Source: Antedon mediterranea
Taxonomy: Eukaryota; Animalia; Echinodermata
Length of the DNA: 64,000 nucleotides
Assembly (NCBI RefSeq): GCF_964355755.1
Contig: NC_092678.1
Coordinates: forward strand, 2,372,422-2,436,421
Direction: 5' to 3'
The position numbers and the translations under genes are program-made. The notes below the pieces were generated by a model. The model was not told the DNA's origin and searched no databases. It was given only the letters and a program-made list of their open reading frames with translations. This document shows positions 13,701 through 27,270 of this stretch, in pieces (within the stretch, counting starts at the first letter, position 1; every line of letters begins with the position of its first letter).

Positions 13701-16700
13701 ATGAAGCTGCGCTGCAACAGTGATTTGACATACATGGCGTGTCATAACTATGCCAGTTATAGAGGGCGGCAAACCGATAATTTTAATTATCATGAATAAT
13801 ATGGAGGATGAGGATGGAATATTATATTATTAGAGTTTATGACTTGGTAAGTTTGTTTATAATAGTATTGATGGCTTTCTGAGATCTCATAGATATTTTA
13901 GAGGCCTTGTGCAGGGACAGAGACAGATTATGGCAAAAACTGCTATTTAATTCAGTTTTTCTGTCGTCTCCTGGACGACTAGGCCTAGGCCTAGGTAAAT
14001 ATTCATAGAAAAAAATATTTTGGCATACACGGCGTGTCATAATTATACCAATTATAGAGGGCGGCAAACCGATAATTTTAATTGTCATGAAGCTGCTCTA
14101 ACAGTGATTTGGCATACATAGCGTGTCATAACTATGCCAGTTATAGAGGGCGGCAAACCGATAATTTTAATTATCATCAAGCTGTAACATTGATTTGACA
14201 TACATGGCGTGTCATAACTATACCAGTTATAGAAAGAGGGTGGCAAACCGATAATTTTAATTATCATGAATACGATTGAATATTATTATTAGAGTTTATA
14301 AGTTTGTGTATAATAGTGTTGATGGCTTTCTGAGATCTCATTGATATTTTAGAGGCCTTATATATGTGCAGGGGGACAGAGACAGTTTATGGCAAAAACT
14401 GCTATTTAATTCAGTTTTCCTGTCGTCTCCTGAACGACTAGTTACTTTAAATATTCATAGAAGAAAATATTTTGGCATACACGGCGTGTCATATTTATAC
14501 CAATTATAGAGGGCGGCAAACCGATAATTTTAATTATCATGAAGCTGTAACTTGATTTGACATACATGGCGTGTCATAACTATGCCAGTTACAGAGGGCG
14601 GCAAACCGATAACTGGAATGATCATAAAGCTGCTGTTGTAACAGTGTGATTGTATACCAGAAGACAGAGAGCGGCAAACCGATAATTTTAATTATCATGA
14701 AGCTGCAACAGTGATTTGACATACATGGCGTGTCATAACTATGCCAGTTATAGAGGGCGGCAAACCGATAATTTTAATTATCATGAATATGGAGGATGAG
14801 GATGGAATATTATATTATATTATTAGAGTTTATGACTTGGTAAGTTTGTTTATAATAGTGTTGATGGCTTTCTGAGATCTCATAGATATTTTAGAGGCCT
14901 TGTGCAGGGACAGAGACAGATTATGGCAAAAACTGCTATTTAATTAAGTTTTTCTGTCGTCTCCTGGACGACTTGGCCTAGGTAAATATTCATGGCAAAA
15001 AATATTTTGGCATACACGGCGTGTCATAAGTATACCAATTATAGAGGGCGGCAAACCGATAATTTTAATTGTCATGAAGCTGCTCTAACAGTGATTTGGC
15101 ATACATAGCGTGTCATAACTATGCCAGTTATAGAGGGCGGCAAACCGATAATTTTAATTATCATCAAGCTGTAACATTAATTTGACATACATGGCGTGTC
15201 ATAACTATACCAGTTATAGAAAGAGGGTGGCAAACCGATAATTTTAATTATCATGAATATGATTGAATATTATTATTAGAGTTTATAAGTTTGTGTATAA
15301 TAGTGTTGATGGCTTTCTGAGATCTCATTGATATTTTAGATGCCTTATATGTGCAGGGGGACAGAGACAGTTTATGGCACAAACTGCTATTTAATTCAGT
15401 TTTCCAGTCGTCTCCTGAACGACTAGGCCTAGTTACTTACTATTAATACTAATATTCATAGAAACAAATATTTTGGCATACATAGTGTGTCATAACTATG
15501 CCAGTTATAGAGGGCGGAAAACCGATAATTTTAATTATCATGAAGCTGGAAGCTGTAACAGCGATTTGGCATACATAGCGTGTCATAACTATACCAGTTG
15601 TAGAGGGCGGCAAACCGATAATTTTAATTATGAATAAGGTATAAATATGACACGCCGTGTATGCCAAAATATTTTTTCTATGAATTTTTAAAGTAACTAG
15701 TCGTCCAGGAGACGACACAAAAAACTGAATTAAATAGCAGTTTTTGCCATAAACTGTCTCTGTTCCTGCACATATAAGGCCTCTAAAATATCTATGAGAT
15801 CTCAGAAAGCCATCAACACATTATAAACAAACTTACTAAGTCTAATAAACTCGAATACAGTAATAATATTCAATGCATATTCATGATAATTAAAATTATT
15901 GGTTTGCCGCCCTCTATAACTGGCATAGTTATGACACGCCATGTATGCCAAATCAATGTTACAGCTTCATGATAATTACAATTATCGGTTTGCCGCCCTC
16001 TATAACTGGCATAGTTATGACACGCCATGTATGTCAAATCACTGTTACAGCTTTATGATAATTAAAATTATCGGTTTGCCGCCCTCTGTCTTCTGGTATC
16101 ACTGTTACCGCAGCTTCATGATAATTAAAATTATTGGTTTGCCGCCCTCTATAATTGGTATAATTATGACACGCCGTGGCCATGTGTGTGTGTGTTGTTT
16201 GTTTGCAACATTGATCACGTGTGTTCTGTCAAAATGGTAAGTTACGCTGTGTTATTTGTAATAAAATATAACTATATTGACAAATATACTTATAACTACT
16301 AATACTATATCATTGTGGTAATTATCTCAATTATTGGAAGAGTTTTACGGGGATAATTGTAGGTTTTAGATTGTCTTTTATTAGACTCACTCAGGCGAAG
16401 TCTCTAGCTAGCTAGTCCCTAGTTTATAGGCCTGGTCTGTATAGCTTTGGTAGCGAACTAACCCCAGTCAGCATGGCTCGTTGGTCTCAGTGTAGGTGCG
16501 AAAAGGCGGTAGCTCCTGGTATAGTGCACTGTGCCATTGTGATTGTTTTTTTTGGGGGTGTAAATTATTAGAGGTGTTGTTAACGTAGTTAGGCAGGAAT
16601 AAAGGAATTAAAAAGGGAAAAAAATATAATATTTATTGAGTTAATATGATATTTAAGTTAATTGTACTAACTAAGAGTTAAGACGCAATTTTTTTTCAAT

Positions 16701-16785
16701 TTCGATCTGTCTACACTCACGCTAAGGTCAAATTTGCTTTTTGTAAAATTGACAACAAATTGTAAATTCTTCAGCAAATTTTTAA

Positions 16786-18935
16786 AACGCTGTGGTTAGG
16801 ATTCCGGCACCGGAACTCAACTGCCCAGCGTTAGGGAATCCGACACGCTATTGCGCATGCCCAGAGCAAAGTAATTATAGCTTGTGCACTAGAGTGCTGC
16901 CGCAGACCGACCACACCACACCAAGAGTCGCGAGAGCGATGGATGAAACTTGACCTAGGCCTTCAATGAATAAATAATTAAAATACAAATACGCCACACG
17001 TTAAAATAACTATGATATTAATAAGAATCGGTATCTATCTAAGAATCGTAGTGCTGTAATTGTATTGGACAAAGAAAATATGAAGTTCGGAACGGGAAAA
17101 ACACAGGCCTGCCCTAGTTTCAAAACGAGCTATGCACCTCTCACATCGATTTAATTTCATTCACGTCCTCTCTCTGCCTGTTATGTATAGTAGTTCACAC
17201 TACTATACATCAAGGTAGAAAGGAATTGACTCTGTACTATTTTTAGCATCATATTCTTCCGTATTTCAGTGTACGAAAGTGAATAGCGTTACAACTTGCA
17301 GACCTTGATTTATAAATATAAGAGGAGAGCTCCTTATGGCTCTCCTAAATATGTTGAGGAGAGCCATTATTTTGATTAAGTATCCGAGGCACAGGCCCAC
17401 CATGGTTGGGCCTGTGGCGAGCCGAATTTTGATAAATGACACCTCTAGATGGCCGGAAATGGTACTCTCGCACGTAAAATTCATCGTAGGTCATTGTTCT
17501 CTAAAGTATTGTTCGTAGCCTACGGTGTATTTTTATGATAATTATCTACGCGTCGATCGTACGGTGGTTCGTAGTAGAGGGTTAGTAAACACCATTGTCA
17601 TCGCCTTTAGAAGCATGGACAAACAAACAATGTATTGTTTGCTAATTAAAATCCTATCTAACGATAGTAGACGTCAATTTTTGTAGCCGCCCTAGCCTAG
17701 GCCTACGCATCGGTTTTCCTAATTTGGACGGAAATCCGCCGACGAGACGACATCGGGTCCGTGGACCTCAGCTCACGCAGAGAAAGAGTCGAGGCTATCT
17801 AGTCTAGTTTCGGAGGCCTACACTATAAATTATTTAATCCTACCTTGGGTTAGCGAATTATAAAAACAACGACACCTAGGCTAGGACACCAACAAAATAT
17901 ATGCAAAATAAATATATATTCCATATTAATTACTGTAAAATTTAACATAAGGCTTAAGCCTTTTAAAATGATTACGACATGTGTATTAAGAAAAGGCCCG
18001 ACCAGAATTTGGAGGGGAAAAACATGTGAGTAGTTTAGAGAGAGTATTATGTTTCATGTCATGTGACACAAAATCCAGGTACACGATCTTAATTACTGCT
18101 TTATCGTCGTCAGACGGCAGCCACCCTCTCGTCGTACAGAGTAAAAAAAAACATGTGAGATGTTGCGGTAAAGCAGAGAGTATCGCGTTTCATGCCATGT
18201 GACCAAAAAAACTAGGTCTGTATTAATTTCGGTCTTCTGTCGGCAGTCTTTTTGAGCGACCGATTGAATGTTCTGATACTATATTTAGAATGAATTGTTT
18301 ACGATTTTTTTCTCGCAACATCAAAGATCGTAGGCACGCCTAGCCTATCGGGGGTAGCCATAACAAAGATCGTTTGCGCGACTATATATAGACTGTGTGT
18401 TGTATTCGGGGTTAATATTCTTATTATTATATATATTTTTATGACGCACTGTAACAGGTTGGGGAGCGCTATTTTAGGCGCTCCTTTGATCGTTTTCAGG
18501 AGCGCCAAGGAGCGTCAGCGCCATGGCGCTCCTTTTAAATCAAGGGCTGAACTTGGTGGTACGATTGCTGTATCATGTATGGTATAATGATGCGTTATAT
18601 GAAATCTTTTATTTTGTACTTGAAAAATACTAGTCATGTAATTATAATTCATAATTATGTTTATATATGAATGAAGCAACCACTTTTTTAATTACGAAAT
18701 AAATAAGCCACTGGTCACCGGCTGGTACTCTAGTATAGGCCTAGTTATAGTAGGCATCTAGGCTAGTCCTAGTAGCTATTTTACACTGTGGGAGGAGCTA
18801 TGTCATGATGAATGATCCATCGCTGTTAGTCTGTGTAGAGTAGAGGCGCCGATTATTTCGTTCTGGGCATGCGCAATAGCGTGTCGGAATCCTAACGGTG
18901 TTGAGTTCCGGTGCCGGAATCCTAACCAGGGCGTT
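16786..18935. mobile_element. Non-autonomous TIR element with ~85-bp imperfect TIRs, hosting a nested element
   Basis: ggttaggattccggcaccggaactcaac..gacacgctattgcgcatgcccaga near 16794-16866 and its inverse near 18861-18928; TSD not resolvable. Confidence 0.75.
17299..18549. mobile_element. Non-autonomous hAT-like element with a 6-bp TSD (hAT6-like)
   Basis: TIR cagaccttgattta / taaatcaagggctg; AACTTG duplicated at 17293-17298 and 18550-18555; subterminal ggagagc/ggagcgc motifs. Confidence 0.75.
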
Positions 18936-21070
18936 ATTAAAAACCATGAAAATGGCTACATTTTTCGGTAACTACATCAAATAAATGTGTAGGTGGTTGT
19001 CTTGTGTTGTTTTTATCTTAATATATTCATTCAACATTTGTAATTCAAATACAAATAAAACATTACCGCATGCAAAAATGCTGGGCAGCCTCACCAGCGT
19101 CACCACAGCCGAGTCATGTGTGATCGGTGTCGGGCCTCTATTAGCATGCACAGCCTATCTGGATCAAGTTTTTCATTACAAAATAATAAATAGTTTTGTT
19201 TGTGTGTTTTATTTGCTTCTTATTCACTCGCATGTTAAATGTTTTCAATTTTCACAAAAACATCGACACTATACAGATTCATTTATTGTCCAATATAAAT
19301 GGAAATTACAGTGCTCATAAATTATCTTGGCTTGCCTAAAATAAATATAATATAAGGGTGAAAAAAAGAACTATCTAACAAATCTTTTGCCTTATCCCAG
19401 CTGGGTAGAACGAGTACTTGTAACGGTCCGTCTGCGCGGCAAGACGTTCGCTGTAGAAAGAGTCAAACCATAACAAACGTACGCTCATTGTCAGAATGTT
19501 CATCATGCATCCATGCAGCATATTTGTTATTGCACGATGTTTGCGGAATCAGCAGCTATACACATGCGCAGTTTGTTTGTTTGTAATTACAAAATAAATT
19601 CTCCTCAGTTACAGATAACTTCCAACTACTTGCTTGTACACTGCAAGCCTTCGAATGGAAATCTCGTTTTAATATACTCGAGTGTTGATAGCCAAGTAAC
19701 GTAATATCTCACTTAGGCTGGCGAAAAATTATTTTCTCCAATCGCCATTTGTGAAAATGCGAACGGCTAGCATTAGCATAGTCTGTATAGATGACCTCTA
19801 GGCTCATGCTAGCATGACTTCTTTTTCACCAAAATTACAAAAAGTTAGTAGGCCTAGGGGTATATTTCTTTTTTAGTCAATTAACCAAATTAAAAAAACG
19901 ATATAATTATCGGCAAACAATGCCTATATGCAAGATACTGAGCTTTACGTTGTTTTGTCATACATAATTAAATCATTAAAATAAATTGCGAAAATGTAGT
20001 AGGTTCTTATCAGCCGACACCGTATGTTCTTACCACAGCACCCACTTTCGCATCAAGCTTGCACTGGTCATGTGATGGTAGATTGAGCGCTAAAATAAGT
20101 TTGAAAGAGCTTATGACATTTCTTAAGTAATTTTTTTATTCGGGTGTAAAGTAATTATTCTACATAGTAAAAACAAACATAATGTACCACCACCTCGACC
20201 CTTGTGTGTTTGTAGCATTCCATTAATTACAGGAATGTTTTTTAATTTAAGAACCTATTAAAACTGTGCCTCTACCACTGTTTTAATCATAATGCTTTTT
20301 GACATCCCTACATTAGCAATTGGCTGTTCTGTTTATCATGTGACTGATTCACAGCGCTTACTAGATTACATTATTGATGGAATTGTCTGTTTATCATGTT
20401 ACTGATTCACAGCGCTTACTAGATTACATTATTGATGGAATGGTCCACTAATATAAGAGCATTTAAACATGTGCCTCAATCAGTGTTTATTTTAAATTGT
20501 TAATTTGTTACGCTCATAAATTGACAAGCGCATATTTTGTAATCATGCCATTGGCAAACGGCTAGCGTGAAATGTCACGACTCTATTTAAAGTTAGTTCA
20601 GTTGTAGATCTCTTTTCACATTGGTTAAGTGTAAGTTTGTCATCAAGGTCTAATACGGTTGATGATCATTCATACCAATTGAGCTAAGGCTTATTCGTCT
20701 TTAATTCAGTAAAGGCTCATTTACAGTAGGACAGTAACGATTGACGATAAATAGATAAATATGCATATTTCATACATAAAGCAAAAGAAATCTAACACGT
20801 TTTCATCTTATAACTATACGATAACCATCTATAGTATGTTGCCCTTGATGAAAATAACATTTTCACACATCCAATCAAATGACGTTATGATTGATATGAG
20901 CAATAATATCGGGACAATACAACAATTTTATTCTTTTTATTAATCATGACATCATTTGATTGGGTTTTAAAAATAGTATTTTTATCAAAGACAGCATAAA
21001 TGATTATACTATAGTTCTAAAATGAAAACCTTTCCTTTGTTTTATGTAAGAAAAATGCATGCTTATATAT

Positions 21071-21323
21071 TTACCATCGATCGTTATCGTCCTAATGTAA
21101 ATGGGCTTAGATCTCCCCTTTTACCATCGATCGTTATCATCCTAATGTAAATGGGCTTAGATCTCCCCTTTTACCATCGATCGTTATCGTCCTAATGTAA
21201 ATGGGCTTAGATCTCCCCTTTTACCATCGATCGTTATCGTCCTAATGTAAGTGGGCTTAGATCTCCCCTTTTACCATCGATCGTTATCGTCCTAATGTAA
21301 ATGGGCTTAGATCTCCCCTTTTA
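21071..21323. repeat. 50-bp tandem repeat (~5 copies)
   Basis: Unit ttaccatcgatcgttatcgtcctaatgtaaatgggcttagatctcccctt. Confidence 0.92.
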
Positions 21324-21664
21324 GGTACTGGGATCAAATTCATTATAGATCATTAACTAGGAATATTTCCCTATTTAAAAGTGCTTCTTAGCTTTTTCAT
21401 ATTCGTCCGTAGATAGTTTATCAAAACCTTGTTCAACATGGTTGTACCAGTTGCTCACCATTTCATCCTTGGTGTTGCCTTTAATTCCATCACCCCCTCT
21501 TCTTTTTTCTTGCAAAGTGAGTTAGTACTTATGATTTATGTAGGCATGTAACAGGGAAAAATTTCATCTTAAAATTTTGTTTAGCAACATTGCTAATAAA
21601 ACTGATTTTTAAGTCGAGAAACATAGTTTTCTATTGTATTTTTTGCTACACAATTGTAGATATG

Positions 21665-22054
21665 CAGGGCATCACGTATGCAAAACCCAGGAGAGCAACA
21701 AATCGCTCTCCTCAAATCACCGAGGAGAGCAATTCGCTCTCCTTGCAAAAATTTTAAATCGCTCTCCTCAAATGTTTATGTAAATATGTAAAAAAATTAC
21801 AATGTTTGAATTTGACCACAAAAGTTAAATTCTATTGGTTTTGCTACCAACAAAAAATTATTAGTGCACGCTGCCGCTATAATCTATTATATTTATATGT
21901 CATGGATTATAATTAAAAGTAACAACAACAGGTGTCTTGGCATGCCCAGGGCTGAAAATTAACCTTTAAACCATAGTGGCCAGCAGGGCCAGTTGAAGAA
22001 TGGTCGTCCTTATTAAAAATGGCTGGCCCTTATTAATTTTTGTACACATTTCTC

Positions 22055-22087
<33 letters not shown>

Positions 22088-23176
22088 CCGGGCACAACAA
22101 ATGTATACTGTACCTCTCCCCTAAAATCCCCCACACCCACCTTCACACACAATATTTTCCGTGGGGATCGTATTATTCTACAGTAAAAAAACTCAAGCCA
22201 ATTTTTTTTTTATGGCCTGGGTAGATTGGGTTTAGGAGCCTGGAGAATCCTGTCCTGGCCAACTATGCCTTTAGCCTAGCTTTTCTAGCCTAGCTTTTCT
22301 AGCCTAGCTTGTTGGCCTAGAAATCAGACAGAAAACCTGAAAAGTATTTACCTGCAATTCATAAATTATACAATTCTAACATGCAACAGCCATTAAAATA
22401 TTGATAATAAGGTACAAAGTGTCATTTTAAAATAATTAAGAAAGATATTTGATCGTGTTTACATGTGTCACACATGGGCGCACGCACAATAGGGGAGGGC
22501 TGAGAGAGAGCTTCTAGAAGATGCTGACGTCACACGTCAGCACGTGTTTTGAGGAGGATTTGAGTGACCAAAATTGGTTAGAACTTTTGAAGAAATAATC
22601 CATCTTGATTTACCTTGATTTAAATGACATAATTAAAGCAACCAGCAGCTAAGCTTTTTTAAATAATAAACATTATATTTAGGCCTCCTATATTAATGTT
22701 TCCTTTTAAAATTAAATATATTTTATTAACTCATTCCATAAAAACATAAAGGGAAAAATTATTGGTTGGGACATGATCTTCCTGTAAAAAGGAGGTGTTT
22801 CTATGACACCGTACTGGTTGCACTATGAGGCGATGAAGTAAACTCGCCCTTGAATTGCGCGCAGGCAGGGGAATACCCTTTGTTGGTACCTCGCACTGTG
22901 AGATGGAGCACGATGAATTGCTCTCCTTTTCGAAGGTTGTTGATTGCGATCGCGCTCGCGATCCTTAAAAACGAGGGACTGCCATTAGGCTTGTAGCTTT
23001 ATAACTTAGCTTATTATTAGCCTAGGCCTAGATTGGTTTTAACTTTTAAAAATCCACTGTCAAAAGCTAGGCTCTATTTTGAAAATTAAGGAGCGCGATA
23101 AATTGCTCTCCTCGAAGCCTGTTGAGGAGCGCGGAGGAGCGCGGTCGCGCAGGCGCTCCTTATAAATGATGCCCTG
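21665..23176. mobile_element. Non-autonomous hAT-like element with a 6-bp TSD (hAT6-like)
   Basis: TIR cagggcatca / tgatgccctg; GATATG duplicated at 21659-21664 and 23177-23182. It has the same aggagagc/gctctcct subterminal motifs as 17299-18549. Confidence 0.78.
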
Positions 23177-23924
23177 GATATGTGTAGCAAGAAGGTTTGT
23201 TTGTATAGCTTTTTGATATGCTACACTGGCAAAATTATTCCCTGATGTAAGCTTTTGTTTACTATGCTCAAATTCAATATACTGTACAAGAGTCGTCTAT
23301 GATTTTTTTACCATTTCATGTTTGATTTTAAATAGTTGTTGATAGTTGATAATGTGCGCTATGTCTGATTATACAAAATTGGGCTAAAATTAGGCAATTA
23401 AAAATACTTAAGTTATACTTTTAAAAAAATAAATAAATTGTGTGTATACAGAGTAAAACAAATTATATTAGAACATAAAATTAATTATTAAACACAATGG
23501 CCCAAGAAAAAGGGAAATGTTTAACAATACTTGGGAGCTTAATGTCCATCTTGCTCCCTCCCCCTCTTGTCTTTCTATCATCAGACTTCTCATTGGAAGT
23601 ATAATATCCCCAATAGGAGTGATTGTGCAGGGGAGGGGAGTACCCCATTATGATACATTTTAATTGAATTTAAACTAAATTCTTGTAATTGAAAAATGAT
23701 TCACTTTTTAAAAACAACCTTAAATATTAATTTACACACACATCTGACTGTGCCAAGAAATAGAAAATTTAAATTACATGTTTGGTTACAGTATAACACT
23801 GTGACCAAATAATCTATTTTTCTTGATATAAATAATATATTGTTTCAATTATTTCGTAATCTTGCAGGAATTACAGTGGTACAGTATTTTGCCAGTCTTG
23901 AAGAGACAGTTAGGTTGGTGCATC

Positions 23925-24630
23925 AACACCATGTGATAAGTGGACATGGGAATATGCAACAAGATTGTGACTTAGTAGGAGAGGCAGCTGGGCTGTCACC
24001 ACAACACCCTGTGATAAGTGGACATGGGAATATGCAACAAGATTGTGACTTAGTAGGAGGGTCAGCTAGGCTGTCACCACAACACCCTGTGATGAGTGAA
24101 CATGGGAATATGCAACAAGATTGTGACTTAGTAGGAGAGGCAGCTGGGCTGTCACCACAACACCCTGTGATAAGTGGACATGGGAATATGCAACAAGATT
24201 GTGACTTAGTAGGAGGGTCAGCTAGGCTGTCACCACAACACCCTGTGATGAGTGAACATGGGAATATGCAACAAGATTGTGACTTAGTAGGAGAGGCAGC
24301 TGGGCTGTCACCACAACACCCTGTGATAAGTGGACATGGGAATATGCAACAAGATTGTGACTTAGTAGGAGGGTCAGCTAGGCTGTCACCACAACACCCT
24401 GTGATGAGTGAACATGGGAATATGCAACAAGATTGTGACTTAGTAGGAGAGGCAGCTGGGCTGTCACCACAACACCCTGTGATAAGTGGACATGGGAATA
24501 TGCAACAAGATTGTGACTTAGTAGGAGAGGCAGCTGGGCTGTCACCACAACACCCTGTGATAAGTGGACATGGGAATATGCAACAAGATTGTGACTTAGT
24601 AGGAGAGGCAGCTGGGCTGTCACCACAACA
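23925..24630. repeat. 78-bp tandem repeat (~9 copies, two variants alternating) inside an exon-like segment 23868-24657
   Basis: The unit length is a multiple of 3, giving open frames on both strands (26-aa repeat ISGHGNMQQDCDLVGEAAGLSPQHPV). Flanked by an acceptor tcttgcag|23868 and a donor 24657|gtaagt. Confidence 0.9.
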
Positions 24631-25110
24631 CATCCCGTTGTAACACAACAAAACAAGGTAAGTTAGTGCTTAAATAAAAGCTTTACTGTACTTCTTTTAC
24701 ATAAAAAAGAGAGGGACGGATGTCTGAATCTACCTTTCCTCTGATCCTCTGAAGGTGGGCATTGGACGAGAGAAGCCCATTGTCAATTATTGACTAATCA
24801 AAGGTGCTTTAAACAGTCCTGGCTTAGTTTCATCCATCATTAAGATGAATGTAAAACTAATTGATATTGTCGTTCATTACAGACGTCGGCCATGAACATT
24901 CCCTTCTAAAGAAGGAATCTACTAGGCTGAATTGTGCAGATGTGTGGGCAACACATACTATAAATTTCTACTCCCCTAAGAATCCCTTTGTGTCGAGTGC
25001 TGCCACCAGCATATACACCAGACACAGATGAGTCTCCATGCTAATACTATATACTATAATACATGAAAGATACCTGCCCCTGGTTTTCAATTTGGTAATG
25101 ATGTTCATAA

Positions 25111-25290
25111 AGCGTAGTTCCCACTAGCGACACAACACAAGGACGTAACGGCAACGCAAGTGAATTGACAAATCACAAGCGATGGCTTATTCGCTTGTGA
25201 TTGCTAACTGTCTATAACTTCGCTTGTCATTGGTTAAAACGCTTGCGTTGCGTTTACGTCCTTGCGTTACGTTCTAGTGGGAACCAAGCT
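25111..25290. mobile_element. MITE family 2 (inverted relative to 1617-1795)
   Basis: TAA TSD on both sides; near-identical to the 1617-1795 copy. Confidence 0.88.
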
Positions 25291-26805
25291 TAACATTGTA
25301 AGTATTATTGTCAATTGTTTTACAGATTTTCTGAGCCTGGTGTGAAGCCAGTTTTGCACAATGTTCCTGATAGCATACGATGCAAAATATTACCTGTCAT
25401 GATTCTTTCCTACAAGAACAAAGTTAACTTAATAAACTCATTGGTAAGTTGTTTTTTTTTTTTTAAGCTATACTATTTTTATACCAAGCATAGGTTTAGG
25501 ACTAGTGATGTTCCTTCCCCCTCCCTCACAATCTGTACTGTTAGTCAGCATACAGGTATTTTGGTCGCGATTCCACGAGATGTATTGTTTTTGATCGCGA
25601 TCCTACGAACTGCATTGTTTTTTTAACGCAATTATAGAGAGGCATTGTTTTGCCCCGCATCTATTGTAATGTGTTACAAACAACATTGTTATCAATGAAT
25701 CAAGGGGAACAATGATTGAAAAATACACCAGTTACGCCCTATCTAGGCCCAGAGTCTAGCGATTAATGTTTAAAATAACACAAAGTACAACGCAGCCTAC
25801 GCCAGCCCTGAGTTTGTACAGAGTACCTATCTATAGCCTAAGTGCAATACTAGATAGTATTAGTAGGGGTGTGTAGAAAGCGACGACCTCGAATTGGACG
25901 ACCCGGGCGACCTCGAATTGGACGACCCATAACACGAAACTGACGACTCCTATAGCCTAGCCTAGGCCAAAGTGTGGTATAACATCCCGAAGCCGAACAT
26001 AGCCAAAGATATTTAAACCATACCTTATATATTTAAACCATACCTTATATAATACTCGCAAGCAAGCAATTGATTTAAAAAATACAGAAATATCGCCATT
26101 TGATACTGAATGTGTCGACACGAACAAACGAACAGATATGGAACGCCAAGAGTGCATCATTAAAACTACAATGTGGGTCATGGGTCTTTCAATTTTATTC
26201 AACCAATGTATTAACATTAGCGATGTTGGCTGATTTGTTTGTATAGGACCCTATTTAGAATTACTATTTACGCAACATATCATATTATTTTGTCATATTT
26301 TAACATGAAATATATTGATTTAAATCAAGTTTTCTAGAGATACTCCCACGACGAAATTTATTAATATTTAATATCAACAATCGCTAGGTTCTGGGCCTAC
26401 TCGGGCGTAACTGTGGGGGTAAAATTCAGTGATCCAGGGTGCGTTATTATACTAAAATTGTTCTCTTTTGATAACTAGTAACAATGGTGTATTAACCCTT
26501 GTTATCAGAGGCACAGCAAAACAAATCCTCTCGTACATATCCGGACAACTACCCCCTAGACAATTACCATTGGAAAAACTACCCCCAAGGACAACTACCC
26601 CTAGGAAAACTACCCCCTAGGACAACAAACAATGGCCAATGTGTAGACTACGAAAGGGTTACATGTGGGAACGGAGCAGTAATTAATAGCTGTACTGTAT
26701 GAAGCAAGTCTATTGGATTTTGTTAAGCTTCTACATTTAGACTGTGAATTGAGCTTGATTCTACAGTACTAATTCATTTCATTTTACAGAGTGAAGCAAT
26801 CAACA

Positions 26806-27270
26806 ATGAGTGATGATGACGCTTTGATGTTCTGAAGAAGGCTAGACTACGACAAGCAGAGATTATGAGTGGTGAAGACGCTTTGATGTTCTGAAGAAGA
26901 CTAGACTACGACAAGCAGAGATTATGAGTGATGAAGACGCTTTGATGTTCTGAAGAAGGCTAGACTACGACAAGCAGAGATTATGAGTGATGAAGACGCT
27001 TTGATGTTCTGAAGAAGGCTAGACTACGACAAGCAGAGATTATGAGTGGTGAAGACGCTTTGATGTTCTGAAGAAAGCTAGACTACGACAAGCAGAGATT
27101 ATGAGTAATGAAGACACTTTGATGTTCTGAAGAAGGCTAGACTACGACAAGCAGAGGTTATGAGTGATGATGACGCTTAGATGTTCTGAAGAAAGCGGAA
27201 CTACGATGAGCAGAAGTTATGAGTGGTGAAGACGCTTTGATGTTCTAAAGAACGCGGGACTACGATGAAA
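26806..27270. repeat. 59-bp tandem repeat (~8 copies) inside an exon-like segment 26790-27312
   Basis: Unit atgagtgatgaagacgctttgatgttctgaagaaggctagactacgacaagcagagatt; stops in all three + frames; acceptor ttttacag|26790 and donor 27312|gtatgt. Confidence 0.9.

Larger units (their letters stand above)
10370..16177. repeat. Complex higher-order satellite (~85-bp and ~200-bp monomers, ~1-kb higher-order period) with a terminal inversion
   Basis: Recurrent ttggcatacatggcgtgtcataactatgccagttatagagggcggcaaaccgataattttaattatcatg and gatggctttctgagatctcat blocks. atggaggatgaggatgg recurs at 13801 and ~14789. From ~15637 to 16177 the same monomers are on the opposite strand. Confidence 0.9.

Noticed and set aside
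22056-22086. ~31-nt poly-C run and poly-Pro ORF 22000-22224
   Set aside because: Homopolymer inside a nested transposon fragment; its length is unreliable and there is no coding support.
23923-24651. Cys-rich 242-aa minus-strand ORF (metallothionein/keratin-associated look)
   Set aside because: By-product of a stop-free 78-bp repeat; the splice signals around the array point to the + strand.
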